A stretch of 63,687 nt of DNA, filler included, from an uncultured Rhodopirellula sp. (GCA_964007735.1; 13 parts of 13 records of this genome joined end to end with filler, not necessarily neighbours in it); one strand, 5' to 3'. Counted from the whole stretch's first letter, positions 27,942 through 39,990 are shown. Numbers and translations: made by a program. The notes: a model not told the origin generated them from the sequence alone.

Positions 27942-29678
27942 TTAAATGATCTCGCGTTTACGAGAAATATAGTCCCAGACAACGTAACGATCCAGATCGC
28001 TTCCCGCCGTAAAGAAAACCCGTCCCTTGGTCGATTCGGCCACTCGATAGGCAAACTGAATGTCTTCTTCTGTTTGGGACCAACTCGGGATTAAAAAGAA
28101 ATTGATCGTGATCCCGGCCTGTTTGCACAATAATGCTTCTCGCAGCGTGGCATCCTCGGTGAGCGGATCAGGTGGATAAAGCAGGTATAACCATTCTTCG
28201 GAATAATGAGCGGTGGGTAGTCCGTCCGTGATCAGAATGATTTGTCGATTAGGTGTATCCACGTTGGCCAGATTGAGTCGGGCCAATTGAAGCGCATGTT
28301 GAATGTTGGTGAAATGCGGAGGAAGCTGATATTCACTTAATTCCGTATTCGACATGTCAATTTTGTATCGCACGATCGGGTCGTTGATCGTCACCGGCTT
28401 GGGCAGCAGGTTGATAATCTCGTTGGGAGGGCAGGGCTTGGCATGCGTATACATCTCGATGAAATTCAAATGGTCACCCGGGAACTCACTCGTAATAAGG
28501 CCCTGTAACGCCAATGCCATCTTCTTCACATTGATGTACTGCCCTTCATAACGCATGCTCCCGCTCATATCCATAATGACGGAGGTAGCGCACTTCGGTG
28601 AATTCTTTGTTTTATGAACGACGATATCATCCGCGTTGACCCGTAAGGCAGAAGAATTCCCTGGTTCACTGTGATGACGGATGACGGCATTGATCAGCGA
28701 TTGAGGGAAATCCATGTGCGCCATGCTGTCGCCAAACTCATATTGTTTGACTTCCTGCAATTCCACACTTCCCTCACCGGCAAGAGGGCTATTGTGACGG
28801 CCTGTTTTCGAAGCCTCCAGATGCTCAAATATTTTTTCCAGCAGCCGCCCCTGGAAAATTTTATAAGCCTGCGGACTTAAACGCATGGCGCCCGACGGAT
28901 CGCTGGTAATCCCCTGTTGCTCAGCTAACTCGCTGAGGTAGTCTTTGACTTGTTGCTGTAGATTGGAAAGGTCCTCCAGATCAGGTTCTTCAACAAACTC
29001 GGCGAGTGTGTCCATATCGATCAGATAGATTTCAGCGTTTTCGAGAGCCTGCTTGAGTTGCTCAAGTAACTCGTCGATCTTTTCAAGCTGCTCCTTGATT
29101 TCCAACGCCTCTTCGATGGACATCGGTTTTCGTCCGGTGAAATCATATCGCCCGTACATATCCTCTATCTGGTATTGCTGGCTCAGGGCTTCCATCATTT
29201 GGACGAGGGTTCGGGCAAATTCACTTCGTTCGTCGGGAAGATCGTACCACAGTCGTTCGAGATCATAAATCTGGCGCCCATGTGCGAGGAGGAAAAACCG
29301 TTCTTTGTAATCATCGGGCGGGTTCGTGTTTTCCAGAAATAAATCGTATTGTTGCCAGGCCTGTTCCAGCACGGAATCGGCTTCGTAGGTCTCAAGGATC
29401 TTTCGTTTCTGAGCTTCGAGCATCGCAATCAAAGATTCCAGACTGGGACCAAACCCCTGGAGGCCTTTGATTTGTTCAGGATCCAGACGGATTGCTCGTG
29501 CCAGTTGTTCTGCGGTTAGGCTGCGTGCATTACCCCATTGCAGCATGTGATCGAATGCGGAAGAAACCACGTCTGGTGGTGGGGCGGTAGAACTGGGGAA
29601 ACGTACCGGGTCATACCGCTGATAGGTATGGATGACCCCGCCAGGTGTCCCGTCCTGTTTTTTTCTGCCCGGTTTCAT
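27942..29678 (-). CDS. vWA-domain protein, partner of the Mg-chelatase-like AAA+ ATPase
   Basis: MIDAS DMSGSM, TNIQHAL, IILITDGLPTAH; YEFGD motif; helical N-terminal half. Confidence 0.88.
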   Translation of the reverse strand: MKPGRKKQDGTPGGVIHTYQRYDPVRFPSSTAPPPDVVSSAFDHMLQWGNARSLTAEQLARAIRLDPEQIKGLQGFGPSLESLIAMLEAQKRKILETYEADSVLEQAWQQYDLFLENTNPPDDYKERFFLLAHGRQIYDLERLWYDLPDERSEFARTLVQMMEALSQQYQIEDMYGRYDFTGRKPMSIEEALEIKEQLEKIDELLEQLKQALENAEIYLIDMDTLAEFVEEPDLEDLSNLQQQVKDYLSELAEQQGITSDPSGAMRLSPQAYKIFQGRLLEKIFEHLEASKTGRHNSPLAGEGSVELQEVKQYEFGDSMAHMDFPQSLINAVIRHHSEPGNSSALRVNADDIVVHKTKNSPKCATSVIMDMSGSMRYEGQYINVKKMALALQGLITSEFPGDHLNFIEMYTHAKPCPPNEIINLLPKPVTINDPIVRYKIDMSNTELSEYQLPPHFTNIQHALQLARLNLANVDTPNRQIILITDGLPTAHYSEEWLYLLYPPDPLTEDATLREALLCKQAGITINFFLIPSWSQTEEDIQFAYRVAESTKGRVFFTAGSDLDRYVVWDYISRKREII

Positions 29679-29685
29679 GGTTTAG

Positions 29686-31098
29686 TTACTCGGGGATTTG
29701 GTAGTCGATAGTGCCATATTGCTGATGCCTGGAAATTTTGTCCATCGCGTGTAGGCCGGCAAGAATGAACTCGACGCAGGATGCTCTCACTGCCTCGTCG
29801 TCTGCGGCATTGACTTCGAACGCTTTGTTCCAAACTTCGGGAACGTTCGAGAGTCGTTTTGCATACTCGCCTGATGGAAGCAGGTCGCCGACTTCAATCC
29901 TCACGCCTTTTCCAAAGATTTCAGCAATCTCGGCCAGTCCGTGTTCTTCAACATATTCTTCGAAGACCGTTTTGATTGCGGTACTGATGATATGGTCCAG
30001 AACCTGAGTCTCCGTCATTTGGTGACTACCCATCAGATCAAGTTCCAGTTTTCCCAATGCACTACTCACTAAATGCGCGAGATCGCTGATGCGAGGGACC
30101 GCTGGTGATTCATTAAGAAGGATCGCGCGACGACGTGCACTGGAGATCATTGTTTTATAATTTGCCAGCGAGAATCGTACGCTAACACCGGATTGCTGAT
30201 CAACATACTTGCTGCGACGTGCTTCGATCGTGATTTGCTCCAGGACTTCGAGCATGAATCGCGGAATCACGACAGGGTATTCATCGTTCGGTTCGTTTAA
30301 GTTCGATTCCTGTTGGGTGATTTCGATTCCCAACTCCCGATCGACAGGGTAATGCGTTTGGATAAGGGAACCGATTCGGTCCTTTAATTGGGGAATGACT
30401 TTGCCACTGCGGTTATACGTGGAGGGATTGGCGGAAAACAAAATCAGTACATCGAGGTCGAATCGAATAGGATACCCTCTGACCTGGACATCACGTTCTT
30501 CCAGAATGTTGAACAGACCGACCTGAACAAGTTCGTCCAGTTCAGGTAGTTCATTCATAGCGAAGATTCCCCGATGCATGCGGGGGATTAGCCCGAAGTG
30601 CAAAGCCTCTTCGGCGGACATGCTCGTACCTGCCAGAAGTTTTGCAGGGTCGATTTCTCCAATCACATCGGCAAATTTTGTTCCGGGTGCCAATCTCTCC
30701 GTGTAACGATCATCGCGATGCCACCACGCGATAGGGACATCCGAATCGTCATGGGCGGCGAGAAACTTTTTGGCCTGACTTGTAATTGGATGATAGGGAT
30801 CTTCGTGGATCGGTATTTCAGGAAGATCGAGGTAAGGAATGGCTTCATCCAGGAAATCGGCCAGCCTTCGCATGAGTCGACTTTTGGCCTGACCTTTTTC
30901 GCCCAGAAACAGCATGTCATGGCCAGCCAGTACGGCTAATGAGATTTCAGGGATCACCGTGTTTTCATAACCAACCACCCCGGGGAACAGCGGGGCACCG
31001 GATTTTAATACGGCGGTGAAGTTAGCCTGTAACTCCTCTTTGACATTACGGCTTTCCCACCCGGATTCTTTGAGCTCTTTTAAGTTTGTAGGACGCAT
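29686..31098 (-). CDS. Mg-chelatase-like (BchI/MoxR clade) AAA+ ATPase
   Basis: LGEKGQAKS Walker A variant, FAMNELPEL Walker B variant, [28 protein letters not shown]. Confidence 0.88.
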   Translation of the reverse strand: MRPTNLKELKESGWESRNVKEELQANFTAVLKSGAPLFPGVVGYENTVIPEISLAVLAGHDMLFLGEKGQAKSRLMRRLADFLDEAIPYLDLPEIPIHEDPYHPITSQAKKFLAAHDDSDVPIAWWHRDDRYTERLAPGTKFADVIGEIDPAKLLAGTSMSAEEALHFGLIPRMHRGIFAMNELPELDELVQVGLFNILEERDVQVRGYPIRFDLDVLILFSANPSTYNRSGKVIPQLKDRIGSLIQTHYPVDRELGIEITQQESNLNEPNDEYPVVIPRFMLEVLEQITIEARRSKYVDQQSGVSVRFSLANYKTMISSARRRAILLNESPAVPRISDLAHLVSSALGKLELDLMGSHQMTETQVLDHIISTAIKTVFEEYVEEHGLAEIAEIFGKGVRIEVGDLLPSGEYAKRLSNVPEVWNKAFEVNAADDEAVRASCVEFILAGLHAMDKISRHQQYGTIDYQIPE

Positions 31099-31117
31099 TG
31101 GCAGATTAGGTTCCAGA

Positions 31118-31627
31118 TTATTGGTTGTTATAGAGGTTGAGTGTGATATGAGCCTGCCCCTGATGGTGCCCTTCATGCCAGTTAATAATGTTTAGCGTTG
31201 TTCGCAGGTCGAGCTCTTTACCCAGTCGGGGATGAATCCAGGTAAAAGAATCTAGCTGCTGCTCATTGAATTGACTGAGTGTATCCAGCATGATCGCGCG
31301 GCCATTATTTAAGACTTGACTGATTTCGTCGACAGTAGGAATGTCGTCGTCAGGTGTGGAACCACCTTGAAACCGTTCCCAAAGGTCTTTGTGCTTTGCA
31401 TCTTCATGTCGCTTGGCGAGACGATCGACGCCGAATAATTCTTCCGTGATACCGATATGCACCAATTGCCAGGCAATGTGGGCGCGGCCTTCGCCGGGAC
31501 GCCAGCCCAGCACTTGCACCGGATTGTCCATGGCTGCGATTTGCTCCAGCGTTAACAGTGTTCTTGTCCGATTGAAAGCAAAAGCTTCTTTAAAGGTCTC
31601 GATCATTTCATTCATTTCGTAAAACAA
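31118..31627 (-). CDS. DinB family protein
   Basis: [10 protein letters not shown] and HEGHHQGQ His-triad motifs. Confidence 0.85.
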   Translation of the reverse strand: MFYEMNEMIETFKEAFAFNRTRTLLTLEQIAAMDNPVQVLGWRPGEGRAHIAWQLVHIGITEELFGVDRLAKRHEDAKHKDLWERFQGGSTPDDDIPTVDEISQVLNNGRAIMLDTLSQFNEQQLDSFTWIHPRLGKELDLRTTLNIINWHEGHHQGQAHITLNLYNNQ

Positions 31628-31640
31628 TAGTGTTGTAGCT

Positions 31641-31678
31641 AAAAAAACAGATCTGACAATTGCCGCCAGATCTGTTTT
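31641..31678 (-). terminator. Intrinsic terminator after ilvD
   Basis: Minus strand AAAACAGATCTGGC-ggcaatt-GTCAGATCTGTTTT plus T run. Confidence 0.75.
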
Positions 31679-31703
31679 GGTTCATTAAATTGCCTAGATG
31701 TGA

Positions 31704-32336
31704 TTATTCATCAGTGACGCATCCTTCGGAAGCGCTCTTCACGCATTTTATATATTTGTAAAGTGTGCCGCGATTAACCTTGTAGGCCGGGGCTTTCCAA
31801 TTTGCTGCCCGGGTGGCAAGCTCTTCCTCCGGGATGTCGACGTTGATCACGTTGGTTTCCGCATCAATGGTGATGGTGTCGCCATTTTCAATCAGTGCAA
31901 TCGGTCCGCCGACCTGAGCTTCCGGAGTGACGTGTCCCACGATGAAGCCATGGGATCCTCCGGAGAATCGACCATCGGTCATCATGGCAACTTTATCGCC
32001 CAGCCCGGCACCCATGATAGCCGAAGTTGGCGTTAGCATCTCAGGCATGCCAGGACCTCCCTGAGGACCTTCATAACGAATGATGACCACATTACCCGCG
32101 ACTATTTTTCCTTCTTCTAATGCTTGGAGCATCTCTTCTTCACTGTCGAAACAATTGGCAGTACCAGTAAATGTAAGGCCTTCTTTACCTGTGATCTTGG
32201 CAACGGCTCCCTCCGGTGCCACGTTTCCTCGCAGGATCCGAAGGTGTCCCGAAGCTTTAATTGGTTCTTCCACAGTTTGAACAATCGTTTGACCTTCTAC
32301 CAGTCCTGGCAGAGCGTCGAGGTTTTCGCCCAAGCT
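31704..32336 (-). CDS. ilvD: Dihydroxy-acid dehydratase, C-terminal part (N-terminus lost at a chimeric junction)
   Basis: [58 protein letters not shown]. Confidence 0.92.
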   Translation of the reverse strand, partial: SLGENLDALPGLVEGQTIVQTVEEPIKASGHLRILRGNVAPEGAVAKITGKEGLTFTGTANCFDSEEEMLQALEEGKIVAGNVVIIRYEGPQGGPGMPEMLTPTSAIMGAGLGDKVAMMTDGRFSGGSHGFIVGHVTPEAQVGGPIALIENGDTITIDAETNVINVDIPEEELATRAANWKAPAYKVNRGTLYKYIKCVKSASEGCVTDE

Positions 32337-32549
32337 TAAATGCAGGTCTGAGCCCCGGATCTTTAATGAATCTGGCATGTTACTCACCCTACGTGGGGCA
32401 CTGGTCCGCACAGACGGGCGCGGTGAGGCCCGGAGGGCGCGTGGGCGCGGCGGCGCACTGCGACGTGGCGCCGGCAATCGGGCATCCTCGTCCTCTCTGC
32501 CGCCGAGAGCAGCATGGCAGACAACGGCGACGACGAGCCGGCGGAGCAG

Positions 32550-32750
32550 ATGGTCAAGGCCGCCGAATGGGGCGTACTAGACAAGATCCTCTTTGGTACC
32601 GACTATCCAGTGACGACGGTACAGGAGACGATAGACCACCTGCGTCAGGTCAATCGGATTGTCGATGGCACGCCGTTGCCTACGGTCGACCTCGAGGCGA
32701 TCGAAGCAATTATCTCCTGCGACGCGCTGGCGTTATTAGGGTTGGATTGA
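32550..32750 (+). CDS. C-terminal fragment of an amidohydrolase_2 family protein (GC-rich, foreign to the contig)
   Basis: [15 protein letters not shown]...ALALLGLD*. Confidence 0.7.
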   Translation: MVKAAEWGVLDKILFGTDYPVTTVQETIDHLRQVNRIVDGTPLPTVDLEAIEAIISCDALALLGLD

Positions 32751-32776
32751 GGATTTGCAGTGGGCTATCCCCATTG

Positions 32777-32876
32777 NNNNNNNNNNNNNNNNNNNNNNNN
32801 NNNNNNNNNNNNNNNNNNNNTTAATTAATTAANNNNNNNNNNNNNNNNNNNNNNNNNNNNNNNNNNNNNNNNNNNN
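32777..32876. other. Artificial contig linker
   Basis: N44-TTAATTAATTAA-N44. Confidence 0.99.
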
Positions 32877-34228
32877 AGGCGGCAAAAGTTAAGGATGTTC
32901 CGGAAACAGTTCGAGATGAGACTCTTCAAGCAGTACTAACTCCACAACAAAAACAAACCGACAGACAGAAGGAACTATTGGACTTATATCCCATGGTCAA
33001 ACCAATCAGTTTTATCGCAGGATTTCTTGTGGAATATGACAATGCTGCTCATAGAGATTTTGAAAAACAAAAGGAGGAAGTCACCAAGGTTCGAGCCACG
33101 AAACCTCCAAAAAAAATGTTACGAATTGCCACAGAACAGCCAGATATCGTTCCGGTAAGTGCTGTTTTCTTTCGAGGAAATCCAAATAGCCCAGGCGAAA
33201 AAGTTCAACCAAAAGAACTGACCGTGCTAACTCAGGCTAATCGCAAGATATCACTCCCAATCAACGATAAAAACCTTGTTACTACCGGCCGCCGACTAGC
33301 CTACGCTCAACACCTAACCGACGGGCATCACCCTTTAACAGCAAGGGTTTTTGTTAATCGGGTTTGGAAGCATCATTTTGGCCGAGGCATCGTGAACACA
33401 CCTGGAGATTTCGGAATTAATGGAGATTCGCCTTCACACCCTAAACTGCTGGATTGGTTGGCAAATGATTTTGTCGAACACGGCTGGAACCATAAAAGAT
33501 TGCATCGCATGATTTTACTTTCCACCGTTTACCAGCAATCCAGTAAACGTAATCCTACACTAGACAAGTTGGATCCGGAAAATCGACTTTTGGCTCGATA
33601 CAACCTGCGCCGTCTTGAAGCTGAAGCAGTTCGAGACTTCATATTGGCAACGACCTACAACCTGAACCTAAACACAGGCGGCCCAAGCGTACCGGTAACC
33701 ACAGACGGAGAAGGAAAAGTGGTTATTGGAATACAAAAAATTCGTGATGGTCTGGCTGCAGGAGTCAGTGAACAAAAGGATGCAGCACTACGACGCAGTG
33801 CATTTGTTGAGGTCAACCGCAGCTTGCCCTTAAACATATTGGCTACATTTGACCTTCCAGAAATGACTCCCAACTGTGACAACCGTAGAGAAACCACTGT
33901 AGCCACACAATCTCTATGGTTCCTAAACGACGATCAAATAGTTCAACTCACCAATCAGTTATCAGAAAGATTGTTTATGAAATATCCGGATAACAAAAAT
34001 CAAAGATTAAATACTCTATTTAGTAGATTGTACTCCACCGGCCCGAGGCCCACAGAAAAAAATTTGATTTCTGATTTCCTCAAACGCCAAGAAGAATACT
34101 TTAAGGCGGATCAAAATGCAGATTGGCAAAAAATAATAAAGAAACATCCAGAAGCTCCAAAAAAACGTGCTCTGGCCGCACTAGCTCAAGTACTTATGGC
34201 CTCGAATAGATTTTTGTACATTGACTAA
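32877..34228 (+). CDS. DUF1553 (PSD1) protein, 5' truncated
   Basis: TGRRLAYA, HPLTARVFVNRVWKHHFGRGIV, PSHPKLLDWLA, RRLEAEAVRD, NRFLYID. Confidence 0.9.
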
Positions 34229-34237
34229 ACTATTACT

Positions 34238-35701
34238 ATGAAAACCATGCTTTGTTCCCGTCGCCACATGCTACATACCTCAGCATTTGGCCTAAGCTCA
34301 GTTGCAGCTTCTTGGCTTCTAAAGCGAGATGGACTATTGGCTGAAGAAGCCGGAATACCAGTGAAACCAGAGCTGGAACAAAAAACATACGATCTGCTAC
34401 CCAAACAGCCGCATCACAACTCAAAAGCAAAGGCAATGATCTCAATGTTTATGCTTGGGGGGCCCAGTCAAATTGATCTCTTTGACCCCAAACCCGAACT
34501 CATTAAACACAATGGGAAATCTTTTACCGGCGATATAAAGTTTGATAACCCGGCACAAGCCAGCCGAGAAATCATGGCGCCGCTGTGGAATTTCAAACCT
34601 CATGGACAATGTGGAATGGAACTTTCGGAGCTGGTTCCACATTTAGGCAGTATTGCCGACGACATCACGTTGATTCGCTCAATGCACACAGGTGCCAATA
34701 ACCATGGACCATCCAACTACGCTCTAAACACAGGTAAAGCCAACAGTGGCAGAGCTGTGCTTGGCAGTTGGCTAACCAGTGCACTGGGAAGCGAAACACA
34801 AGAGTTACCCTCTTATGTTGCATTGACCGACACTCGAGGCCTGCCATTGCTCGGTGGAGAAAATTGGTCAAATGGCAAATTGCCCTCAATATACCAAGGT
34901 ACGGTTATTAGACCGGTGGCACCAAGAATTTTCAATCTCGACCCACCAAGACACCTCAAAGGAGACCCACAAGCAGAACAACTGCAATTGTTATCCAAAC
35001 TCAATCAGGAATACATCAGGGAACATCCCGGTGAAAACGATCTGGATGCAAGAATGCAAAGTTATGGTTTAGCTGCACGTATGCAGGTGGCCGCACGTGA
35101 AGCGTTCGACATATCTAATGAATCGGCTGCTACCAAAAAAATGTATGGCATTGATCAGAAAGTTACCCGTGATTACGGCACTCGCTGTCTCATTGCCAGA
35201 AGGTTAGTAGAACGTGGGGTCCGCTTCGTTCAAATCCCTTGCAACGGACAAGTCTGGGACCATCATGGTTCCATCAAAACAGCCCTACCACAAAGGTGCG
35301 CAGAAATAGACAAACCCGCTGCAGCACTTGTCCGCGACCTAAAGGAACGCGGATTACTCGACAGTACCATCGTGCATTGGGGAGGAGAAATGGGGCGATT
35401 GCCAGTTATTCAATTCCGCGATGGACTGACGAAGCGAGAAACGGTTGGGCGTGACCATAACACCTATGGTTTTAGCATGTGGGTCGCCGGGGGAGGATTT
35501 CAAAAAGGCTACATTCATGGACAGACCGATGAATTTTCTCATTATGCTGTAGATGGCATCGTTCATCACTATGACTGGCTAGCCACTGTACTCAATCAGT
35601 TTGGGCTGGATCATAAAAAACTCAAATTCCGTGTAGGCCCACGAGACCTGAGACTAGTCGAAAATCCTGAAGCCCGCATTGCTACCGAGCTACTTGGATA
35701 A
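34238..35701 (+). CDS. DUF1501 family protein
   Basis: SRRHML; GGPSQIDLFDPKP; CLIARRLVERGVRFVQ; WGGEMGRLP; GRDHN. Confidence 0.92.
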   Translation: MKTMLCSRRHMLHTSAFGLSSVAASWLLKRDGLLAEEAGIPVKPELEQKTYDLLPKQPHHNSKAKAMISMFMLGGPSQIDLFDPKPELIKHNGKSFTGDIKFDNPAQASREIMAPLWNFKPHGQCGMELSELVPHLGSIADDITLIRSMHTGANNHGPSNYALNTGKANSGRAVLGSWLTSALGSETQELPSYVALTDTRGLPLLGGENWSNGKLPSIYQGTVIRPVAPRIFNLDPPRHLKGDPQAEQLQLLSKLNQEYIREHPGENDLDARMQSYGLAARMQVAAREAFDISNESAATKKMYGIDQKVTRDYGTRCLIARRLVERGVRFVQIPCNGQVWDHHGSIKTALPQRCAEIDKPAAALVRDLKERGLLDSTIVHWGGEMGRLPVIQFRDGLTKRETVGRDHNTYGFSMWVAGGGFQKGYIHGQTDEFSHYAVDGIVHHYDWLATVLNQFGLDHKKLKFRVGPRDLRLVENPEARIATELLG

Positions 35702-35970
35702 ACTAGATTGCTAAAAATCCAGATTAAAGAATTAGCTTCATTGACTTGGACCCGTCAATTGAGATGCATCCATGTGAATATAATAATATGAAATTTTTCT
35801 ATAAAATACTTTAACACAAATCAACTTACCGCAATGATCTTCCGTTGAAGGAACAAAAGAAAAAACCAAAAACACTAATCAGCAAAAACAACTTCCTGTC
35901 CGTAGATTTTTCCCTTCCTTATTGAACGTTTATTAGTCCGATTAGTCGGATAACCTTATTGAACATTAAA

Positions 35971-37738
35971 ATGAAATTAATCAGTACTTTTTCAGTTCTG
36001 GTATTTGGACTGGTTTTGACACAGTCACAACCGGTCAATAGAGAGGCTTTATGGAAAGAAGTCATCGACGCGGAAAAAAAAGGACTACCAAAAACAGCCG
36101 CAGCTAAACTTCAAACGATTTATGATTCAGCCATCCAAGATGGAAAATTCGCCGAAGGCATAAAAGCATTAGCCAAACGGATAACTCACGAAGGAACCGT
36201 ACAGGGGAATAAACCAGAGGAAAAAATTACTCGGCTACAAGATGAACTTGAGAAAGTTCCAGATCAAGCCAAGCCGCTACTAGAAACAATACTTGCCCAC
36301 TGGTATTGGCAGTATTTTAAGGGAAACAGATACCGATTCATGCAGCGAACTGCGACAGATGAGCCACTTGGTAAAGATTTCACCACATGGGATCTACCCC
36401 GAATTTACCGCGAGATCGACCTGCATTTCTCTAACGCACTGGCCGACGGACGCCTAAAAACCATTGCTACCAGTGAATTTGAAGACCTCTTAACCAAGCC
36501 TACTTTACCGGAAAATTATCGTCCTACATTGTACGACTTTATCGCACACGAAGCATTGGGATTTTATACATCAGGCGAATTCGCAGCTGCAAAACCAGAG
36601 GATGCATTTGAGATCAATGCCGAAGATCCAATACTTAGCCCGATCGAAAATTTCCTGATATGGAAACCTGAGACAACTGACAAGAAGTCCCCCTTACGAA
36701 AGGCTGTACAATTGTTTCAGGATATTTTGTCTTTTCATCGTGACGACGCCAACTCTGCAGCGAGAGTCGATGCAGACATTGCCAGATTGCTCTTCGCAAA
36801 AAACAGTGCTGTTGGTGAAAGTAAAACAAGTCGGTTCATCGAAACAATTCGTGAGGTTGCAGAAAATGAAACAAGTCAACTATCTGCCTGGGCACGTTTC
36901 CACTGGGCCAATGCTCTATATGAAAAAGGTGAATGGGCAGACGCCCGAAGAATAGCCATAATCGGCCGAGATCAGTTTAAAAATTCAAGAGGAGGCAAGA
37001 GATGCCACAATCTAGTCGCACAGATTGAGGCCAAAAATATCTATGTGACAACAGAATCAGTTTGGAGCAATTCCAATGCAGAATTATCAGTTCGTTATCG
37101 CAATATTACAGAAGCACACTTCCGTCTTGTGAAGGCAAACTGGTTGTATCAAAGAGCAAAGCGATTCCGCATTGGAGGCAACCAAGAAAATCGTCGGAAA
37201 ATTTTACAAAAAGTCCCGATAAAAAAATGGAAACATAATCTTCCATCAACCGCAGATTTCAAGGAGCGCACCGAATCCTGTCCCATTCCCAACAGTGTTC
37301 CTCCAGGATTTTACTTTCTGATCTCAAGTGCCAATGCAGATTTCAGTGAGAATGATAATCGCATACAATACACAGCAATTTGGATTAGCGAATTGTCACT
37401 TGTCTTACGATCAAGAGCCAACCATGTCGAAGGCTTTGTGATGGAAGCTGACTCTGGAGAACCCGTTGAAGGAGCCAAAATTTCAATATGGCTCAGCAAT
37501 CGTTCAGACAAAACAACTGAGAAAAAAACCACTTCTGACCCTAACGGTTTCTTTACTTTCACCAAAGATCCAAAGTTATACTACGGTGATGTTCTGGCTC
37601 AACATGGGGAACAACAAGTAGCAACAACCTCCAATAATGGATTTTGGGGTGGTCAATTGTCAAAATCGAAACAGGAGCAGTCCATTATTTTCTTCACTGA
37701 TCGCGCCATCTATCGCCCTAGCCAAACGATTCAATTCA
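35971..37738 (+). CDS. Bacterial alpha-2-macroglobulin (MG2-domain) protein, N-terminal part
   Basis: LWKEV...GLPKTA, YRFMQRT, DFTTWD, RPTLYDFIAH, FFTDRAIYRPSQTIQF. Confidence 0.85.
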
Positions 37739-37838
37739 NNNNNNNNNNNNNNNNNNNNNNNNNNNNNNNNNNNNNNNNNNNNTTAATTAATTAANNNNNN
37801 NNNNNNNNNNNNNNNNNNNNNNNNNNNNNNNNNNNNNN
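37739..37838. other. Artificial contig linker
   Basis: N44-TTAATTAATTAA-N44. Confidence 0.99.
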
Positions 37839-38520
37839 GCCCCACAGGAGTTCGAGCGCGGGTGGGTTTTAGGCCAAAGAGACCACAACATGATGCAGGG
37901 ATACGAATAGATCCGCCGCCATCACTGGCACCTGCCATCGGGACCATTCCGGCTGCGACAGCGGCCGCACTGCCACCCGAGGAGCCTCCGCTTGTTTTGC
38001 TAAGATTCCAAGGATTCTTCGTGACCCCGCCAACGATGGATTCAGTTGTTGGTAGTAAGCCAAGCTCCGGAACCCGAGTGGAACCGACGAGGATAAGTCC
38101 CGATTGTTGTAAACGTTCTACGATGGTGCTGTTCACCGTGGGTAGGTGATTAGCGAATAAACGAGAACCGTATTCTGCAGGTTTCCCTTTAACGTCGAAG
38201 CTGAGGTCTTTGGTGAGAAACGGCACTCCGGCAAAAGGGCCTTTTAGATTTTCTTTAGTAATCGTTGCTTTAGCGATATCGTAGTATCTATGGGCGACGG
38301 CGTTGATTGTCGGGTTTAGTGTTTCAATGCGGTCGATGGTGTATTCGAGTAGCTCGTGTGCGGAAAGCTTGCGTCTTTTTATCAAGCTGGCTAGAGCGAC
38401 GGCGTCAAGATCTTGCAGGCCATGGGTTTCTACAGGGTTTCCCCCAAGGGCAAAAATAGGCAGGAGTGCACTGGCACTGGACAATCCGGTAAGAAATGAT
38501 CTGCGACTTGCATGTGACAT
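37839..38520 (-). CDS. Amidase-signature family enzyme with Tat signal, 3' truncated
   Basis: SRRSFL; GVPFLTKDL; GGSSGGSAAAVAAG; SDGGGSIRIPAS. Confidence 0.92.
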
Positions 38521-38648
38521 AGAGTTGGGTTTTATTTCTAATGGCTTTGGTCTTCTACGAACGGCTCGTTGCTCTTTATACTAATTACGAGCCTCAGGTA
38601 TAGGAACCTAAAATGAGGTACCTGATAGGATGACTTTTGGAGAAATGA

Positions 38649-39983
38649 ATGAGTGATCGATTTGCAGAACGTGATCGGCAGTACCTATTGCATCCTCTAT
38701 ACAGTGCGTCCAGTGCTGCGGATCCACACATCTGGGTACGTGGAGAGGGGGCATTCCTGATTGATTCCGATGGTAAGCGGTTCTTGGATGGTGCATCGGG
38801 TCTGTGGAATGTGATTGCGGGACACGGGCGCGCCGAACTTATTGATGCCGCTAGAACTCAAGGTGAACAACTGGCCTTCGCCTCTAGTTTCTCGGGCAAT
38901 ACTAATCCGCGGTCGATCGAATTGGCTGAGAAGCTCGCTGCAATTTGCTATCCGAATATTAACAAGTTCTTCTTTACTGCCGGGGGAGGCGAAGCCACGG
39001 AATCGAGTATTAAAACAGCGCGATATTACTGGAAGCTTAAAGGGAAACCGACCAAGACTAAATGTATATCGCTTTTGTGGGGTTACCACGGGCTGACGTT
39101 GGCTGCGATGAGTGCAACGGGAATTGAGTCGTATTGGGAAGCCTTTGAACCCCGCGTGCCCGGGTTTGTTCATATTCCCTCACATTATTCATATCGCTAT
39201 GAGGCTCCATCTGGACAGGATCCTGGTTTGGCTGCTGCCGATGAATTGGAAGCCGCTATCCTCAATGAAGGTTCGGATAACGTGGCTATGTTTATAGCGG
39301 AACCGGTTACCGGAGCGGGAGGAATCATTGTTCCACCGGACAATTATTTTCAACGAATTCGAGAGATTTGCGATAAGTACGATGTTTTATTTGTGGCGGA
39401 TGAAATTATTACAGGTTTTGGTCGAACAGGTAAAATGTTCGGTTTGGAACATTGGGGAGTCACACCGGATATTCTGCAATTTGCCAAGGCCATTACGTCG
39501 GGCTATTTTCCTTTGGGTGGGATCGGAGTAAGTGAAGAAATTGCCTCAACCATCGAATCGGCCGATGGGCCATACCTTCATGCGTATACCTATAATGGGC
39601 ACCCGATAGGATGTGCCGTCGCGCTTGCCAACATCAAAATCATTGAAGACGAGGGCTTTGTACAGCAAGCGGCAGATAAAGGTACACACTTGTTGGCAGC
39701 GCTTCATGACGCGTTCGCTAACCATCCCCATGTTGGTAACATACGTGGTAAGGGAATGATGTGTGGTGTTGAATTTGTTGAGGATCCTTCCACGAAGGAA
39801 CCGTTTTCTCCGGAAAAAAAGATCGGAGAGAGAATTCATGCCACGACGCAGCAACGGGGATTGTTTACTCGTGTACGGGGGGATACTTTTTGCCTGGCGC
39901 CCCCAATTATCACCAGTGTCGAAGATTTAGATTGGGCGGTTGAGACGTTGCTGCGATCCGCGAACGAAGTGTTAGGTCTGTAG
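38649..39983 (+). CDS. Class III PLP aminotransferase (omega-amino acid/polyamine-type)
   Basis: SGLWNVIAGHG, GYHG, FVADEIITGFGRTG, FAKAITSGYFPLGG, YTYNGHP. Confidence 0.9.
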   Translation: MSDRFAERDRQYLLHPLYSASSAADPHIWVRGEGAFLIDSDGKRFLDGASGLWNVIAGHGRAELIDAARTQGEQLAFASSFSGNTNPRSIELAEKLAAICYPNINKFFFTAGGGEATESSIKTARYYWKLKGKPTKTKCISLLWGYHGLTLAAMSATGIESYWEAFEPRVPGFVHIPSHYSYRYEAPSGQDPGLAAADELEAAILNEGSDNVAMFIAEPVTGAGGIIVPPDNYFQRIREICDKYDVLFVADEIITGFGRTGKMFGLEHWGVTPDILQFAKAITSGYFPLGGIGVSEEIASTIESADGPYLHAYTYNGHPIGCAVALANIKIIEDEGFVQQAADKGTHLLAALHDAFANHPHVGNIRGKGMMCGVEFVEDPSTKEPFSPEKKIGERIHATTQQRGLFTRVRGDTFCLAPPIITSVEDLDWAVETLLRSANEVLGL

Positions 39984-39990
39984 GAGCAAC

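Noticed and set aside
31099..31176. Overlap between the AAA+ ATPase and DinB genes
   Set aside because: The ATPase more likely starts at 31098 (MRPTNL), which removes the overlap.
31704..32477. ilvD with a novel Arg/Pro-rich N-terminus
   Set aside because: The extension is the antisense reading of unrelated GC-rich fragments joined at about 32337.
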